The notes beneath the pieces were generated by a model. It was not told the origin of the DNA. It saw only the letters and a list, made by a program, of their open reading frames with translations, and made no database searches. Below are positions 24,612-26,937 of a stretch of DNA of 26,937 nucleotides, one piece after another. Position 1 is the first letter of the stretch; every line of letters begins with the position of its first letter. The translations under genes and the position numbers were made by a program. Origin of the DNA: an uncultured Actinomycetota bacterium (GTDB lineage: Bacteria; Actinomycetota; Humimicrobiia; Humimicrobiales; Humimicrobiaceae); NCBI GenBank assembly GCA_964398155.1, contig CAYNMO010000004.1, positions 1 to 26,937 on the forward strand, written 5' to 3'.

Positions 24612-26937
24612 TTAATTACTTGAAGTTGAAGAAGAAGCACTAGTTGTGGATGTTGTAGTGGAGCTTGTAGACGATGAAGAAGTGCTGCCGGCTGCTGTAG
24701 AAGAGGTGCTGCTGCTAGAAGAAGATGCAGAAGTGGTTGAAGTAGTGTCTGCCGAGGTCGTGCTTGTGGGAGCAGGACTTTCAATAGTTATTGTTACTTT
24801 GCCTGCAAAACTAATATATGTATTTGCATCTGGAATTTGCAAAATAACTTTCCCAGTCGCGTCCGGCCCAGGTAAAATTTCAGGGACTAAACCAAAAGAA
24901 ATAAGAAGCTTTACGGCATCATCTTTGACAAGGCCTATAACCGATGGAACTTTTATTCCTTTACTAACAGACAATATGACTGGTTTTGACTTGTCATATG
25001 CAGTACCTGCTGGCGGGTTTTGATTAAAAACAGTATCTTTTGCTGCAGTGTTCTGATCTTCAGTAAAGCCTATATTTGTAAAACCGGCATTATTTAATGT
25101 GGTTATGGCATAAGCTTTAGTCATTCCGATTAAATTCGGCACGGACCCGGAAGGGTTAATTCCCTTGCTGATATAGATTGTAATAAGGGTATTTGAATCA
25201 ATATCTGTATCCGGAGCAGGATCCTGATTAAAAAGCATGTCCGCTGGCTGACTGCTGAAATCATAAATAACATTTGAAATGGAAAACCCTGACCCTGCGA
25301 GAATGCTTTCGGCAGTTGATTTAGTCTGTCCGATTAAATTTGGCATTTTAACAGTCTGTCTGCCCTGGCTAATAAAAATAGTAATCTGCGGATTTATATT
25401 ATCAATAGCTTCTAAAACTGTTCCGGCGGGAGGATCAGTTCCAAAGACAAGATTTGCATCATATTCGTTATTAGATTCAACTGACTCATTTATATTAAAG
25501 AAGAGGCTTTGCAATATTTGCCTTGCTTCATCTGCAGACATGCCCGTTAATTCAGGAACAGTAATTTTATTGTGAATATTGCAGTATTTTGTGGGAGCCA
25601 TTCCTTTGACAAAAAGTCTCGGAATGAGACTTTCCGGAGGGCACCAGTATGTTGGAAGCATTTCTGAATCTTTGCAAATCTGAATTTCACTCATAGAATT
25701 TTCGGGTGTTTTAAACTGTAGTATAGGTCTTCCTTTTAAAGCCTCTTTCATGAACTCTCCCCATATTTGAGCAGTAAAAGCACCTCCGGTTACATTTCTT
25801 TTATTGATAGGCTCCATGGCTTTATTGCTTTCCTGATATCCCATCCAGACAATTGTTGTAAGTTCCGGAGTATATCCTGCAAACCATGCATCCCTTAAAT
25901 CACTTGTTGTTCCGGTTTTCCCTGCTGCAGGTCTTCCTATAGCAGCGGCTTTACCTGTTCCTTCATTAATTACTCTTTGAAGAATCTGTGTCGCCAGAAA
26001 GGCCTGTGGTTCTTCGAACACTCTTTTTGTCGAAGGACTGTTTTGAGGATCGTATTCAAATAATATATTGTCACTTGAATCGGTTATCTTTATTATGCAT
26101 ACAGGTTCATGGTAAACACCGCCTGACGCAATTGTTGAAAATATTTTACTTACATCTAACGGGGTTATCCCTTTTTCCAGCCCTCCCAGAGCTATTGCAG
26201 GATTATTTCCTATATCAAAAATATTTAAGCTGTTTAGAAGTTTTTCAACATTCTTTGCACCTATCTGCATAATCAGCTGGGCATATACAACATTGACTGA
26301 ATGAATTGTTGCATCAATTATATTCATTGGATTAAGAGGTTCCTGAAATTTTTCACCGCCATAATTATTTATAATCCATGGTTTTGATCCTGGTATATCA
26401 ATAGAAATTGGGCCATTAGGATCAAATGAAGTTTCCGGAGGTATATTTTTTATAATTGATTCCAAAAGGACCGGAACTTTAAATACTGAGCCAGGCTGCC
26501 TTTTACCCTGGGTGGCAATATTAAATTTGCTTACAGAATAGTCTTTGCCGCCTACAATTGCGTATATATAACCATTGTTTGAGTCTACGGAAATCAGCGA
26601 ATACGAAGGTCCTATAGGCTCTTTAAATACTTTTTTAAAAGAATTTTCAGCCTTGACCTGCAAATCCTTGTCAAGTGTTGTGTAAATCCTGAGGCCCCCT
26701 TTAAAAACATCAAAATCAGTAAATTTCTTGTCATAAAGCTGCTGTTTGACATAATCTATAAAAAATGGAGCAAATCTGTTTTCTTCCAGGCCTGGTACAT
26801 CGGTATCAGTATTTAATATTATTGGGTCTTCCATCGCATAGCTATATTGGTCATCATTAATAAATCCCTGTTCTTTCATAAGGCTTAAGGCAACAGATCT
26901 TCTGTTAACCGCGTTTTTGAGGCTGTTAAAAGGGGAG
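24612..26937 (-). CDS. Class A penicillin-binding protein (PBP1A-like) with four PASTA domains and a Ser/Thr tail; 5'-truncated by the window edge
   Basis: The frame is open to the edge and reads SPFNSLKNAVNRRSVALSLMKEQGFI (end of the transglycosylase domain). Transpeptidase motifs RQPGSVFK (SxxK), SVN (SxN) and GKTGT (KTG). Four VP.L/V.G...A...L...G/F repeats follow. Confidence 0.95.
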   Translation of the reverse strand, partial: SPFNSLKNAVNRRSVALSLMKEQGFINDDQYSYAMEDPIILNTDTDVPGLEENRFAPFFIDYVKQQLYDKKFTDFDVFKGGLRIYTTLDKDLQVKAENSFKKVFKEPIGPSYSLISVDSNNGYIYAIVGGKDYSVSKFNIATQGKRQPGSVFKVPVLLESIIKNIPPETSFDPNGPISIDIPGSKPWIINNYGGEKFQEPLNPMNIIDATIHSVNVVYAQLIMQIGAKNVEKLLNSLNIFDIGNNPAIALGGLEKGITPLDVSKIFSTIASGGVYHEPVCIIKITDSSDNILFEYDPQNSPSTKRVFEEPQAFLATQILQRVINEGTGKAAAIGRPAAGKTGTTSDLRDAWFAGYTPELTTIVWMGYQESNKAMEPINKRNVTGGAFTAQIWGEFMKEALKGRPILQFKTPENSMSEIQICKDSEMLPTYWCPPESLIPRLFVKGMAPTKYCNIHNKITVPELTGMSADEARQILQSLFFNINESVESNNEYDANLVFGTDPPAGTVLEAIDNINPQITIFISQGRQTVKMPNLIGQTKSTAESILAGSGFSISNVIYDFSSQPADMLFNQDPAPDTDIDSNTLITIYISKGINPSGSVPNLIGMTKAYAITTLNNAGFTNIGFTEDQNTAAKDTVFNQNPPAGTAYDKSKPVILSVSKGIKVPSVIGLVKDDAVKLLISFGLVPEILPGPDATGKVILQIPDANTYISFAGKVTITIESPAPTSTTSADTTSTTSASSSSSSTSSTAAGSTSSSSTSSTTTSTTSASSSTSSN
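24615..24779 (-). repeat. Low-complexity Ser/Thr-rich coding tract at the PBP C-terminus
   Basis: 55 aa SPAPTSTTSADTTSTTSASSSSSS...SSSTSSN, of which 44 are Ser or Thr; TSTTSA occurs three times. Confidence 0.95.

Noticed and set aside
24524-25575. Plus-strand ORFs 24524-24784, 24646-25023 and 25279-25575
   Set aside because: They are antisense shadows of the PBP gene. Their Leu/Val/Glu-rich composition is just the complement of the Ser/Thr and PASTA codons.
741-26272. Other short overlapping ORFs in the track (e.g. 741-1157, 5170-5544, 8305-8610, 15043-15345, 20786-21100)
   Set aside because: All lie antisense to, or out of frame within, well-supported housekeeping genes, and none shows a family motif.
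1-26937. Mobile elements, CRISPR arrays, tRNA/rRNA genes, defence systems
   Set aside because: By eye I saw no transposase or integrase ORF, terminal inverted repeats with target duplications, regularly spaced repeat-spacer units or cloverleaf motifs.

Overview
AT-rich bacterial chromosomal window made mostly of housekeeping genes. I found no mobile element, CRISPR array, tRNA or rRNA. The + strand begins with thrS (5'-truncated), an uncharacterised radical SAM gene, infC-rpmI-rplT behind an L20-leader-type attenuator, a 544-nt structured intergenic region and pheS-pheT. The - strand then carries a nitrilase-family amidase and a three-gene glycosylation module (DUF2723/TMEM260-like GT-C, GT2, DUF2304). 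An arginine cluster argC-B-D-F-R-G-H follows on +, with no argJ, and runs by overlapping stop/start codons into a NIF3/DUF34-like gene and a long U32/RlhA-like gene. The window ends with a convergent class A PBP carrying four PASTA domains and a Ser/Thr tail, 5'-truncated by the window edge. The arg gene order, the GT2+DUF2304 pair and an apparently leaderless pheS suggest a low-GC, deep-branching Actinomycetota-like organism (inference only). Best leads: (1) a ~170-nt GC-rich, rod-folding candidate independent ncRNA (6S-like?) between rplT and pheS, plus a second three-way-junction element; (2) rpmI is frameshifted as assembled and was missed by the ORF track; (3) a divergent TMEM260-like glycosylation module with a plausible Ser/Thr-rich acceptor nearby; (4) an arg operon lacking its acetyl-recycling enzyme, extended by NIF3 and U32 genes, with an operator of atypical geometry.
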